The translations under genes were made by a program, and so were the position numbers. 32,000 nucleotides of DNA, taken from Candidatus Thorarchaeota archaeon (GTDB lineage Archaea; Asgardarchaeota; Thorarchaeia; Thorarchaeales; Thorarchaeaceae). The stretch spans positions 630,001 to 662,000 of the forward strand of contig SHMX01000001.1 of assembly GCA_008080745.1 (NCBI GenBank). Reading direction: 5' to 3'. Below are positions 1-11,104 of the stretch, in pieces; the first letter of the stretch is position 1; each line of letters begins with the position of its first letter. The notes beneath the pieces are model-generated. The model had not been told where the DNA came from. It worked only from the letters and a program-made list of their open reading frames with translations, and ran no database searches.

Positions 1-106
1 CATCACCAAGAAATTTGCGGAGATCAAAATTGTTCCAATGTTTCATTATCTCATCTAAATCATCCAATTCGAAAGCACGAAGTGTAGTTAATTCACCATC
101 ATACAT
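1..106 (-). CDS. GNAT family N-acetyltransferase, RimJ/RimL-like (5' part only; runs off window)
   Basis: Manual translation from ATG at 106: MYDGELTTLRAFELDDLDEIMKHWNNFDLRKFLGD..., the typical N-terminus of RimJ/RimL-type acetyltransferases. TTTAAAT TATA-like box about 25 nt upstream suggests a leaderless mRNA. Not in the ORF track. Confidence 0.8.
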   Translation of the reverse strand, partial: MYDGELTTLRAFELDDLDEIMKHWNNFDLRKFLGD

Positions 107-160
107 AGTTCGAAATTTTTAGTGAGTTTGATTTAAACATATGGCCAAATGGACTGGCTA

Positions 161-442
161 TCATGGGGCACGGATCATATGAAGTGATTCACCAAATTTC
201 ATAGAAATTGCCTGCTCGGGACAGGCTTCAACACATTTGTTACAGCCCATACACATGGAGGGCCAAACTGCCGTAACTTTCCAGCGTTCAGGATTCCATG
301 GATCAGGATGGTCTTCTAGTGTTGGATGCATTAGAAACACTGCTGGGTCACAGACAAGCATACACTTTCTGCATTCGCGGGGGTCTGTATTGCCATCCGG
401 TCCGCATTTAGAATAATCGATTTGAATCTTAGTCTTCTTCAA
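161..442 (-). CDS. 2x[4Fe-4S] ferredoxin
   Basis: C-x10-CxxCxxxC (first cluster, with insertion) and CMGCNKCVEACP (second cluster); 11 nt downstream of the 289-aa Fe-S gene. Confidence 0.88.
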   Translation of the reverse strand: MKKTKIQIDYSKCGPDGNTDPRECRKCMLVCDPAVFLMHPTLEDHPDPWNPERWKVTAVWPSMCMGCNKCVEACPEQAISMKFGESLHMIRAP

Positions 443-453
443 TAAAATACCTC

Positions 454-1323
454 CTAGTATCTTCCTGCCTGACCGGGCACCTCATTTCGTGGAACAAGCT
501 CTAGTGCATCGTGTTTACAGGCGTGACGACAGACTCCACAACCGAAACACTTGTCCAAGTCAACAATTACTCTTTTTACCGACGGGAGATAGCGAAGCGC
601 ATTGAACTGACACATCTTTACACACTGTTGACAGCCTTGGCATTTATCTTGGTCGACATTGATGATGTACTCTGCCTTGTAAACCGTTTTCAATCCAAAG
701 TCATTTCTGAGTCGTAAACCACCACACTCTGGGCTCTCACAAGAACAGATAGCATTGATATATGGTACGGGTTGGAACCACACTGATGCAACATACCCCC
801 TCTTATTATGTTCTTCAAGGGCAGCTATTGCTTCTTCTCTGTCAAGTCGATATTTCACATCTTTGGGGATATAGCGTGGGAGTTTCTCAATCACACCAGA
901 TAATTGGCCGAAATTGATACAGACTGCATCTTTTACACCACGTTGCATCCAGCGGCACACACAGTAATTTTTGATGATAGGTTCAGCAGCAAGATTTCCA
1001 AGAATATGCTGAGCATCTTCCAAGGGAATAACTTGTCCAAAGTGACCATCTGCCCTGGCGGGATTTCGAGCATGATCCTCACTATGAATCTGAGATTCAG
1101 CAGCTTTTCGAATGATCCGTCCAATAATTGGCATCTGCATCTTGTAACCAAGCCCTACTGAGCTAAAACCCATAATCTTTCGAATGAATAGGGTTTCCAT
1201 ATTCTTCCATTGCTCTTCCAAGTACTCACGCAAGTTATGTTCGTCAGCTAGTTCATCAGAATATAATCTAGCGTTATTGTACCATTTTCCACCATCACCG
1301 TGTTTTAGGCACCATTCGCACAT
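454..1323 (-). CDS. 4Fe-4S dicluster domain protein with extra Cys-rich N-terminal and central regions
   Basis: C-terminal CQGCQQCVKMCQ and CFGCGVCRHACK; additional MCEWCLKH, CVCR and CSCESPEC motifs; GGTGA ribosome-binding site upstream. Confidence 0.88.
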   Translation of the reverse strand: MCEWCLKHGDGGKWYNNARLYSDELADEHNLREYLEEQWKNMETLFIRKIMGFSSVGLGYKMQMPIIGRIIRKAAESQIHSEDHARNPARADGHFGQVIPLEDAQHILGNLAAEPIIKNYCVCRWMQRGVKDAVCINFGQLSGVIEKLPRYIPKDVKYRLDREEAIAALEEHNKRGYVASVWFQPVPYINAICSCESPECGGLRLRNDFGLKTVYKAEYIINVDQDKCQGCQQCVKMCQFNALRYLPSVKRVIVDLDKCFGCGVCRHACKHDALELVPRNEVPGQAGRY

Positions 1324-1456
1324 TCAAAGTCACCAACATATGAGAGGGCACTAGAAAGAATGTGTATCCAGTCGTCCTATTTAAATTCTCAGAGTTGTTA
1401 TGACCTCATTTCGACAATTGACGAGTTAGCTGTTTCAATAGGAGAATAAATTAGAT

Positions 1457-1666
1457 TCAATCAGGGTTTCGTTCTTTTTTGCTTCTAGTATGAGCTGGCA
1501 TGGTTTTGGGAACTTGGCCAGTTCGAATGTGTTCTACATCACGTCCAACCATTCCAGCAGATGTGGAATCTGGTCTAGTATGTTCGGTTCTTCTTGTAAA
1601 TAGGGAAACAAGGTAGAAAAATATTCCAATAAAAACTCCAGTAACTGCCAACCAAATCATAATCAT
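1457..1666 (-). CDS. Small single-TM hypothetical protein
   Basis: Hydrophobic N-terminal helix followed by a basic tail; GAGGT ribosome-binding site 6 nt before the ATG. Confidence 0.6.
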   Translation of the reverse strand: MIMIWLAVTGVFIGIFFYLVSLFTRRTEHTRPDSTSAGMVGRDVEHIRTGQVPKTMPAHTRSKKERNPD

Positions 1667-1740
1667 TTATTGACCTCATTGAAAATAATACAGATTCCGA
1701 TATGAGCTTTTCACTATTAGTAAGAAGAGAAGATTCCCCT

Positions 1741-3192
1741 CTAGGTGATTTCTTCTAGGGGAGCTTCTGCTTCAGCAGTTTCAATCTGGAGATCACCAGC
1801 CTTGGGAATATCTTGTTTGAAACTCATAGCTATCAAGATGATGCCTGCTATTGAGATAATACCCATAATGAGGAATGCTAGTGAGAATCCATAGAGTGGA
1901 ACTAGCCACCCAAAGAATACCAATAGAGGTATGGATGCTGCCGTGAATGAGGTTGCTCGAAGAGAATACATACCATTCCTAATCTTATTAGGAACTACAT
2001 CAAGTAATACTCGATTTGTCAGGATTCCACCAACTGAGCCAAACAGAGAAGTGACCAAGAATATTATGAATATCATAACAATGGGGATTACTGACGCCAC
2101 TGGTAACACAAACAGAGGTAGGTTGACAAAGGGAATGACCAGCTGAACGGTTTCAGTAGTTCCCATTGGGGGAGGTGGAACTATCAAGAACATTACTGAT
2201 AGCAGGAAATAGAACGCTGCTCCATTGAAAGCAAATAAGCGAAATCTAGGAATCCATTTCCTGGGTTCATATTTCTTTGCTATCACTCCACTTCGTTCAT
2301 TCGTCATTGCCAATGGAAGAAACATAATAGTTCGGAATGTAGATATGGCAACATCACTTTGAAGATACACATTGTAGAATGGCCAAAGAATCAGATTACC
2401 CCAGACAGGGCCCACACTAAAGAAAATCATCTCACCAATGAAGAGTAGCAGGAAAAATTTACTAGACCATATAAATCGGACACCATCTTTTAGTAATTCG
2501 ACATATTCTCCCATTTCTGGACGATCTGTTCTCTGGGCCTCTACTTCTGGAAAGTCTTTGACATATCTGTGAACAAGAATCGCTAAAATCACAAACAGAA
2601 CGGCTTGTAGTTGAAATACCCAGGCACGCCCAAAGTACAAAGCTAGCCAGCTGCCAGGAACAAGTACAGCAGTAGCGGAGATTTGTGAAATCATGCCTAA
2701 CTTTCCTGAAAAGACGCCATATTCTTCACGTTTTTTATCATGAGGCATGGCTACTCGATAGTTGTTATCAAACCAAGCACCCCATGCCCCACTTTCTTGT
2801 GAGATTCCAAGGCCAAAGAGCATGTATATCAAAACAGGTAAAATCAAAGGAGGATTCGGGGTAATAAGAGAGGTAAGAAGGAAGGTAACTGCGTAACAGA
2901 GTAATGCAGACATGATTACATATCGCTGCCCCACCCAGTCGCCTATCGCTCCTGTAGGATAGTCCAGAATGACCTGTATAATGAATTGTAAAGCAACAAG
3001 ACCACCAACGATAGACATTCCCTTAACAGCATCGCCTCCACCCAGAGCTTCTGCGATAAACAGCATATAGAAAGTTGTACTTATCTGAAAAGACATTGAA
3101 AATACTGGAACCAAAGATGCCATTGTTTTGGCAAGACTTAGCCCCTGTTCGGTGGGGTTTTCAAAACCGAAGAATCTGGCTGTAAGGCTCAT
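1741..3192 (-). CDS. MFS transporter
   Basis: About 12 hydrophobic segments; motif-A-like DYPTGAIGDWVGQR in the TM2-3 loop; central hydrophilic loop. Confidence 0.9.
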   Translation of the reverse strand: MSLTARFFGFENPTEQGLSLAKTMASLVPVFSMSFQISTTFYMLFIAEALGGGDAVKGMSIVGGLVALQFIIQVILDYPTGAIGDWVGQRYVIMSALLCYAVTFLLTSLITPNPPLILPVLIYMLFGLGISQESGAWGAWFDNNYRVAMPHDKKREEYGVFSGKLGMISQISATAVLVPGSWLALYFGRAWVFQLQAVLFVILAILVHRYVKDFPEVEAQRTDRPEMGEYVELLKDGVRFIWSSKFFLLLFIGEMIFFSVGPVWGNLILWPFYNVYLQSDVAISTFRTIMFLPLAMTNERSGVIAKKYEPRKWIPRFRLFAFNGAAFYFLLSVMFLIVPPPPMGTTETVQLVIPFVNLPLFVLPVASVIPIVMIFIIFLVTSLFGSVGGILTNRVLLDVVPNKIRNGMYSLRATSFTAASIPLLVFFGWLVPLYGFSLAFLIMGIISIAGIILIAMSFKQDIPKAGDLQIETAEAEAPLEEIT

Positions 3193-3270
3193 TTCTAATC
3201 ACCATATATTATGAAATATATGCGTATATAATCGATAGCCACAATTATTGGACTCAATATGTGACTATTA

Positions 3271-3289
3271 GCACATGTTTAGAATGTGC
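3271..3289. promoter_or_regulatory. Inverted repeat upstream of the MFS gene, possible operator
   Basis: GCACAT-N7-ATGTGC in the 173-nt intergenic gap. Confidence 0.3.
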
Positions 3290-3365
3290 ATAAAGGAATG
3301 GTTGCTTCTATCTACGCAATAAATCGCCCAGAAAATATCGCTATGAGTATATCTGCATTTCCATA

Positions 3366-4442
3366 CTAACAATATCGCGTTTCTAAATCATCAAGTATGA
3401 ATAGAGTAGATTCCGAAAGACCATCTTTTTTCAAAATCAATAGTGCACGATTATACAGTCTGAAAAACTCGAATGGATTCCCTAAAGTTTCAATCATCTC
3501 TCCAAATAGATTGGCTTTGCTAATAATCTGCGTCATGTGATAACCGATCGGATGACCACTCATCGGTAGGTGTTCACGCACCTCTTTACCAATCTCTTCC
3601 CGATAATATCCTTCTAAAACACCTGTTTCGATTATCAAATCGATGCTCTGTAAAGTAGTTTCCGCCACGGTAACTTCATCACGATATGCCTGAACAAACT
3701 CAGTATATGCATCTACAGGATTTTCGCCATAGAACCATCGAGGCTTATCGATATTATCCGCAATCCCTTCAGCCTGAGTCTGGTTCAGAACCCACATCAG
3801 ATCTTGGTCCTCCGGTCGAACTATTTCTTTGTCATAACAAAGGATTGAATCCCTACACTGATGATGATATTCATGAGCAATAAGACGGGTTAGAAGTTGG
3901 GAATCTAGCTCCAGAGCCAATAAGCCATCAATCACCACCCATTCATATCCCCTAGCATCTCTCTGAAAGAAAACAAATGCGATATCTAGAGAGGGATATT
4001 CTATATTGGAGGGGAGATATTCAACAACCAAATCAAAAATATCGGTCTCAATATTAGCAGACTTTCCTTTTAGTTCATCAAATAGGGTTTCAAGTTCCAT
4101 TCGCCTTTTTACAACTTCTTGAAAATGACTCACAATCCCTCCAATAGATGCGTCTTGAGAAAAGTGAGCCTCGATTGCCCTCTTAGGATCGAGCGCTATA
4201 CTCATTGCGTTTTGTAGCTTCTCTTGAGAAAACTCGCTTTTAGTTAAGGCACTATATCCAGGACTGTTAAACAATGTGTGCCATAGTTCCTCTTGGGGGT
4301 TATGCTTAGATTCAAATGTGTCTACTATCTTCCAGAATAATTCAACACCACTAAAATCGAAGAGGACTTCTATCAATTCTTCCACAAAGGAGTAAACAGC
4401 AAGTCTGTCTAATATATCCAACTGGATAGTAATCCAATCCAA
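3366..4442 (-). CDS. Putative Zn-dependent protease (DUF5700/DUF2268-like gluzincin)
   Basis: IAHEYHH (HExxH) with downstream EGIAD third ligand; TTG start 12 nt after the giant surface-protein gene. Confidence 0.78.
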   Translation of the reverse strand: MDWITIQLDILDRLAVYSFVEELIEVLFDFSGVELFWKIVDTFESKHNPQEELWHTLFNSPGYSALTKSEFSQEKLQNAMSIALDPKRAIEAHFSQDASIGGIVSHFQEVVKRRMELETLFDELKGKSANIETDIFDLVVEYLPSNIEYPSLDIAFVFFQRDARGYEWVVIDGLLALELDSQLLTRLIAHEYHHQCRDSILCYDKEIVRPEDQDLMWVLNQTQAEGIADNIDKPRWFYGENPVDAYTEFVQAYRDEVTVAETTLQSIDLIIETGVLEGYYREEIGKEVREHLPMSGHPIGYHMTQIISKANLFGEMIETLGNPFEFFRLYNRALLILKKDGLSESTLFILDDLETRYC

Positions 4443-4454
4443 ACTAGTAAGTCT

Positions 4455-7400
4455 TCATTCATGAGATTCATCCGAGTCATATTCAACAAAATCTTCCTCA
4501 TGAACCTGCAAAACTCCTGTTTCCTCGGGTTCTGCTATGACTATATGTTTCTTTTTGATAGCATCCCAAATGATTTTGTATGCTTTTGCTTCTTCAATCC
4601 CACAAGCAGTCATGCTTGCTGCTAGTTCGCGTAATTCAAAAGCACCATCTTTAGTTGCGGCATCAATTTTTGCATCAATACATTTTGGCCCCTTAGGTAG
4701 AGCATCGGGATTAGTGATTATGTGTTTTCGAAGAAGATGACCATCCATAACCTCATCGAATACTGATTCAAATTGTAGAGTTTTCTCCTTCTCAAGAGCT
4801 CTACTGGGTGGTTCGGTATAGTCCCTGTCAAAAACAAATCCAATAATCTCTGCAAATTCCATCATCCTCAATTCGAGACTCTTAGTGGGCGAGTCAGATG
4901 TGATGAATGCACAGATAAGATTCTCTGTAACCACCACACGAATGATGTCAGAAATGGGATTGACACGGAATGTTTCTTGATCCACTCCAAACTCGGATCT
5001 GAATTGAGTAACAGCACTGATGAATCCAGAAATGAGAGTTTCATCAAGACCCTTTCGAACCATCTTCGAAAAGATAGGAATGCCAGTATAGCGATGAAGA
5101 ACAATCACTCCAAGAATGCTTTGTAGGTCATCGAATTTGCGTTTGACCAACATTGCCTCAATATTCTGTTCTCGCTTTCTCGACGAGTATAAACGCTTTC
5201 CAAAATATAAGGTGGTAATAGCACCCACAATAAGCAAAAATGGAGAAACCTGAAGCAAAGTTCGATTCATCAAACCAACCTGACTAACTTGTGAATTAAT
5301 GACCGATTCTGAATAGGATTCATCCATCTCATGATGGTCCATTTCGACATAAAACCGAATTCTGGCTGAATCAGTAGAACTTGGCAAAATAATGCTAGCG
5401 GAATACAAGCCATTTTCAAATTCCGTCATATCTCGTAAACCTTGTGGGCCGGTTTCTGTAAAAATCTGGAATTGAACTATAGCATCAGATACTGGTTTAC
5501 GGCTATCACGTTCCACCAAACGCAAGGACAGAGTAGTCAATTCTCCCTCAAATCCATTAAGACCCTCAATATCTACAATTTGAATTGTGATAGATTGAAC
5601 AGTAAACTCGAACTCTGAAACACAGGTTACAAATCCATCTTTTGAAAAAGTCAAGATTATGTCGTAAGTTCCTACATCTATTGGAATGATTGATAGATTA
5701 TATGGCCCAGATGTGGTTTCAGTAACTTGAGCCCAGGCTGATGCTGAACCAGAGATATCTATTGCGGCGCCGGTCACTGGAGTCTGATTGTACATAAGAT
5801 AATTGAAACTCAGATTGTAGAAACGCCCATAATACAGAGATTCCAAAAGCGTATATTCATTGATGGAAGTAGTAATTGGATCTATTTCAAGAGTGAACTC
5901 TGTTGCCGCATCGATATAGTTCTCCTTACTTGCAGTTATGTATAGATTCCATGAACCAGTAGTGTTAGTTTCAATCTTTACTAGATACATTTCACCAAAT
6001 TTTTCTATGGTCCAAATTAAACCAGAAGAGGGGATTGAAGATATTGTAATATCAGCACCAGATATATTCGATGCGGTGTCTAATCGTTCGAAAAGTAAGG
6101 CTAGTTCGTAGTCTTCCAGATATCGAAGAGTTTCCGCCGTTATGTCCCCAACAATAGACAGCATAGTTGGAATTGCCTGCACTATAAGAGTGAATCCTAC
6201 TGTGGAATTTTGATAATTAGGAAGTGTAGCTCGAAAGGCAAGTTGGTATGTCCCTATAAACAAAGAATTGATGGAGAGATTATACCTTCCATTACCAGAG
6301 TCTACTGCTGAAGAAATTGACACACCTTCAGGAATATCTAAACAAGTAACAGTTGCACCTATAAGGCCTAAAGAGTTCTCATCTCTAAATGTCAATTGCA
6401 CGTGACACTCTTGGTCTACTGAAACGGTCATACCAGACTGATCTATCGTAAGAACGGTAGGAATATTGCTAACAGTCAGGGTAAACGTAACAGATTTTGT
6501 AACATAATTAGTAAGATTTGCTTGGAAAAGTGCTACATAAGTACCTGTAAGATTGGGACGTAGTGTAATTTGATATAGACCATTACCCAATGGTATAGCT
6601 GTGTCTACTAAAATTCCAGAAATAGGTTCTGTACTGAGGAGTGTGATGTTCGCTCCATCAAGCCCATAACCAGTGTTATTCGAGTATTCCAAAACTAGAG
6701 AGTAGGTTTCCCCATAACGAAGCATCCCTGATGTTCCATTCAAAATTTGGAGAGTAGTGCTAATTTCACCAACAACAACCGAGAATGAAGTAACACGTTC
6801 TTGATAATTTGTGAGAATTGCAGAAAGAGTTACCAAGTAACTCCCCGAGATGCTAGGATTTACAACCAGCGTGTAATTTCCATCACCATTCTCAGTTATG
6901 GATATGCTAATACCAGAGGTGGGATTCACCACTTCAACCGTTGCATTCTCAAGACCATTTTCATTAAAATCACTATAAGATACTAGAACAGATAACTCAT
7001 CTGATACACCAATTGTTGAACTTGATGTGTTTAAAGTAAGGAGAGTTGGAATCTCCGAACCACGTAATGTAAAGGTGACACTTCGTGAAATGTGATTTGA
7101 TGCATTTGCACTAATCACTATTGTGAAAGTTTCAACATAAGTAGGAGTTAAGAGAATTGAATAATACCCCTCTTCAGATTCACTAAAAGTCGTGTATACA
7201 AGTCCAGCTGTAGGAGATACATCAGAAATAACAAGAGTAGCACCAGATATGCCATAATTCGTACTATTGGCATACCGCAATACCAAACGATATTCTTCGT
7301 CAACTTGGGATATATCTGATGTGCCATTGACAAGTTCAAGAGTTGAACCAATAGGATCAATTATCAGTGAGAAAGAAGCGTAGCTTGTTTGATAATTGTC

Positions 7401-10342
7401 AAGACTTGCTGAGAATTTCAAGAGATAAGTTCCCTCTGTGTCGGATGAAATGAGTAGCGTGTAATTACCATCAGTATTATCAGAAATCTCAATCGAAACC
7501 TCAGAAGGTTGGTCGATTACTCCTATTGCAGCACCTGCAAGGCCATTGAAGTATAAGTCTGAAAACGATGCCTGAACGGATAGAGTATCAGTTATACCTA
7601 CGGACACACTAGATACGTTCAAACCAAATGTTGTGGGTATTGCTGTAGCGGCCAACACAAATGTTGTCGTTTGAGATTCGTGATTTGTTAGATTAGCCTT
7701 GAATACGATAGTATATGTTTGAGCCAACGACGGTGTCAGTTCAATTGAATAGACGCCATCACCTTCATCAACAAAGACATCATAGGATAAGCCCAAGTCA
7801 GGTGAAACCGAAGTGATTTGAATATTGGCACTGGATAGTCCGAATCCCGTTATGTTTTCGAACTGTACAGCTAAATGATAGGACTGCCCAGTTTCAATAA
7901 AATCGGATGTCCCATTCAAACATGAAAAAGCAGTCTGTGCAGAGCTAACTATCAAAGTAAATGATTCTTGGGATGTTTCAAAATAGCTCTTTGCACCAGA
8001 TAATGTTACTGTGTAAGTTCCAGTTTCCAAACTAGAGAAATCAATAGAGTAGTTTCCATCGCCATTATCAACGGTCCCAATAGTAACAAGCCCATTAGTA
8101 GGACCGGAAAAACTCATACCAATGTCAGCTCCAGCAATTCCAGTACCGTTTTCAAAGGTGTATGTTAGATTGAAAAGTTCCGTTAGTCCATAATGAGATT
8201 CTACTGGTGTGTCCGATACTTCCTCGATATTAAATATCGTTGGATAGAAGATTTCAATCGCAAATTGGCACGAAGCATCATCAAAGTAAGGCCTTGAAGC
8301 ATTTACTATCACTGTGAAATAGCCGTTCTGTACTAAGGAGGTATCAAAGTCGCCCTCCCACCAATTACGTACAAGATTAGGAGAAAACGATACTGATCCA
8401 CCAGTCCAACTACCATCAATAGATGCAGATTCATCCATTAGATATTGTCCGGTATCTGTATCAATATACTGTAACATACTCGTAACCACAAGACCTGCTT
8501 CGGTTTCGATTAGACTATGGATGGGAGTAAGAATAGTGGAATGGTGCAAAGCGAACTGGGAGGAGTCAAAAGCAACTTCTGTTCCATTATTCCAGAAACA
8601 CTCCACACGCCATTGTCCAGCAGTAGTATTCAAACCACTAAATGTCCAAGATGTCGTATTGATGCTATTTCCAAGCGTGTTGAATACAGAATCCTGAGCC
8701 CAAACAGTTCCATTTGGAAGTATAACTGAAACATTGATGGCATTCTCCAGAGTGGGCATAGTTATAGTGGTTCCAATTTCAATAGAGGACCTAGATATAT
8801 TTCCACACCTGAAAGTTGTTGCATCGAACCAAGTTGTGCTACTTGAATTGTACTTTTGAACACTGATAGATTTAGCATAATTTGGCGATTCTGCAAGCAT
8901 ATTCCACCAACCAAGACGGTCGAGTAGAGAGGTGGGTATGATAGTTAATCCCATTTCTATTGTGCATTGGGAACTGACATCATTCAGGAATGGATCGAAA
9001 ATGGTTATGTTATCCCAATCAGCAGGGTACTCCAATAACATGGTATGATTGACATATTCGCTAGAGGCACCTAGATAGATAAATCCGCTAAGAGAACTAC
9101 TCGTTCCCTCTTCTATACTATAGGCTATCCCTTTCTTTGTGGGGTCGGTGGTCCAAGACGAGTTTGAGAAATGATGAGTAAGTAAGCGTACTTCGTACTC
9201 AAAAGAAACACTGACATTCGCTATAGTTTCAATGGTGAGTGTGGGGGCAGTCCAATAATCAGCATTATTGATTATTGCTGAACCATTGCCGGAGGTGCCT
9301 ATCACAGGAACGGTAAAGGATCCAGCATGAAACTGAAAGTCAACTTCTTCAAAACTGGGAATGAATTCACCTTCAACTGTGAAATCATCAAATAACACAC
9401 TAAAGGATCTGGTTCCCTCGGTCCCATCAATATAACCATCATTATCATAGTCTGCTCCAGGATTAATGGTGAATTCGGTTTCAACGTAAATACCAATTCC
9501 AATCTCAAAACAGACGGAGCATTATCGAAATCGAAATCAAGATTGCCGGAAGACAACCAAACACCTTGTTCAGTGATGTCATGTACTAGACTCATACCAT
9601 CCCAAGTCCAGAAACTATTATTCGCATAGATAACAATCCATACGTTATCCAAGGAGCTAATCTCATGTCCACCTGGCAGGTCAATAACTCCCGCCTCATA
9701 TAGATAATTAAAACTAATCGTGAAATTAGTTGTATATGGCGTGTTACTAAATGTCTGGTTCCACATTACATAGCTTCCTGCATAGTATGTATAATCAACA
9801 TTGGGAGAGCCTTCTTCACCACTGATAGAAGTACGAACCCAATTCGATTCATTATCATAACTTACACTCATAGACTGGTCTCCCCCCGAACTCTCATAAT
9901 AATCAACGTCCCATCCGTAAGGATACCCATCAAGACTGCCTGGAAGTGTTGTTGTTCCTCCAACCCCCTCATCAAAAGTACCATTCATCGCATATTGGCG
10001 TTTTAGGTTCCAAACATCAAGCTCAGCTTGGCTTCCCACCCAATTACGAGAGGCATCAATTGGAAGATTCTTTGATGTGTTTAGACCATTATCGGTTCTT
10101 GCATGAGTGTAATCAGATACGTAGGTAGCCCTTTGTTCAAGATCAATTGGATTTAGTGTACCTTCTCGTATTGATGATGCTATGGAAAAAGTAGTATCCT
10201 CTTCTAAGAATGGAAAATCTGGTTCCTGGTTCATATCTGGTTCCAGTTGAGGAGAGAATATTGTCAGATTTGAAGTTGTACTGAGTTGTACTAGGAGCAA
10301 AACAGTAGCAAGCACACCTAATTGAATCTTCCAACGAACCAT
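4455..10342 (-). CDS. Giant (~1960 aa) type I membrane surface protein: signal peptide, Ig-like repeats, one TM, cytoplasmic longin-like domain; split by a 1-nt frameshift at 9507-9510
   Basis: Track ORFs 9302..10351 and 4455..9398 join if one T is added to GTT-TT-GAG (A4 on + strand at 9507-9510): ...DNAPSV-F-EIGIGIYVETEFTINPGADYDNDGYIDGTEGTRSFSVLFDDF.... Length 5888+1 nt = 1963 codons. N-terminal hydrophobic signal, ~100-aa repeats with GxGxY turns, many N-x-S/T sequons, TM VSPFLLIVGAITTLYFG then KRLYSSRKR. Confidence 0.85.
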
Positions 10343-10432
10343 CAAGTTCAACTCGCATAATGAAGGTATGAAGCATCAGATTTAGTTAACGAACATTACA
10401 TACTGTAATCTGAAGACACATCCTCAATATTA

Positions 10433-10454
10433 GATGATATATTCGAATATCATC
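10433..10454. promoter_or_regulatory. Inverted repeat between the VOC gene and the giant surface-protein gene (terminator hairpin or operator)
   Basis: GATGATAT-ATTCGA-ATATCATC; a second, shorter ATTACA-TAC-TGTAAT repeat at 10395-10409. Confidence 0.35.
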
Positions 10455-10532
10455 GTTTTGTGGATGGACTCATTTGAAAAATAGACAATTGTAACAAGAC
10501 TATGATAGGAAAATGAGTTCATAACAAGATAA

Positions 10533-10955
10533 TCAATCAAATTGAAACACTTCGACAAGATTTCCTTCGGGATCTAGAAACTGGAAAAAGGTGTATTTCA
10601 CACTGAAATAGACCATCATAATGTCTGTCATCTCTGAAGGAGATGCAGTTTCACGAATGTGGAGATATGCTGCCTTAATATCATCTGTTTCAAAAACAAT
10701 GACTACTTTGGCTTTATTCTCATGCTGCCAACTAGTCAGAAAATTCAGGTAAGCTTGATCAACGTGTGTTTTGAATTCATCTTGATCCATTCGATCGAAG
10801 TCATATTCTAGATTCATTATGCCAAACGAGTCAAATTCAGCCCATCTGGTTTCATATCCCCTAGAAACCTCTTTGCTTAGTATTTTATCATAGAACTGAA
10901 CAAGTCGCTCCATATTGGTTGTGTTGATGTAAATCCCACTGTAGACAATCTTCAT
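10533..10955 (-). CDS. VOC (glyoxalase/bleomycin resistance) family protein
   Basis: N-terminal 'IYINTTNMERLVQFYDKIL' and C-terminal 'FLDPEGNLVEV' signatures. Confidence 0.88.
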   Translation of the reverse strand: MKIVYSGIYINTTNMERLVQFYDKILSKEVSRGYETRWAEFDSFGIMNLEYDFDRMDQDEFKTHVDQAYLNFLTSWQHENKAKVVIVFETDDIKAAYLHIRETASPSEMTDIMMVYFSVKYTFFQFLDPEGNLVEVFQFD

Positions 10956-11047
10956 GGAAATTCACTACTACGACGTGACACTTACTAAAACAAATATCGC
11001 TCATCAATTATGAATCATTATTACAAGACTCGTATCATACTACAAAC

Positions 11048-11104
11048 ATTGTCAATAATATTTGATAATTAGAATCCGATATTGTCAAAAGAATTAGTGA
11101 CAAT
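11048..11104. promoter_or_regulatory. Tandem inverted-repeat operator candidates in the divergent VOC / ArsR-like promoter
   Basis: ATTGTCA-N8-TGATAAT (11048-11069) and ATTGTCA-N10-TGACAAT (11081-11104). Confidence 0.5.

Noticed and set aside
1401-1680. Direct repeat TGACCTCATT at 1401 and 1671
   Set aside because: Only 10 bp; the second copy is the ribosome-binding site of the 69-aa gene, and there is no element-like content between them.
9302-9506. C-terminal ~68 aa of track ORF 9302..10351
   Set aside because: Out-of-frame read-through after the frameshift; the other frame encodes the sensible DxDxDG-containing sequence.
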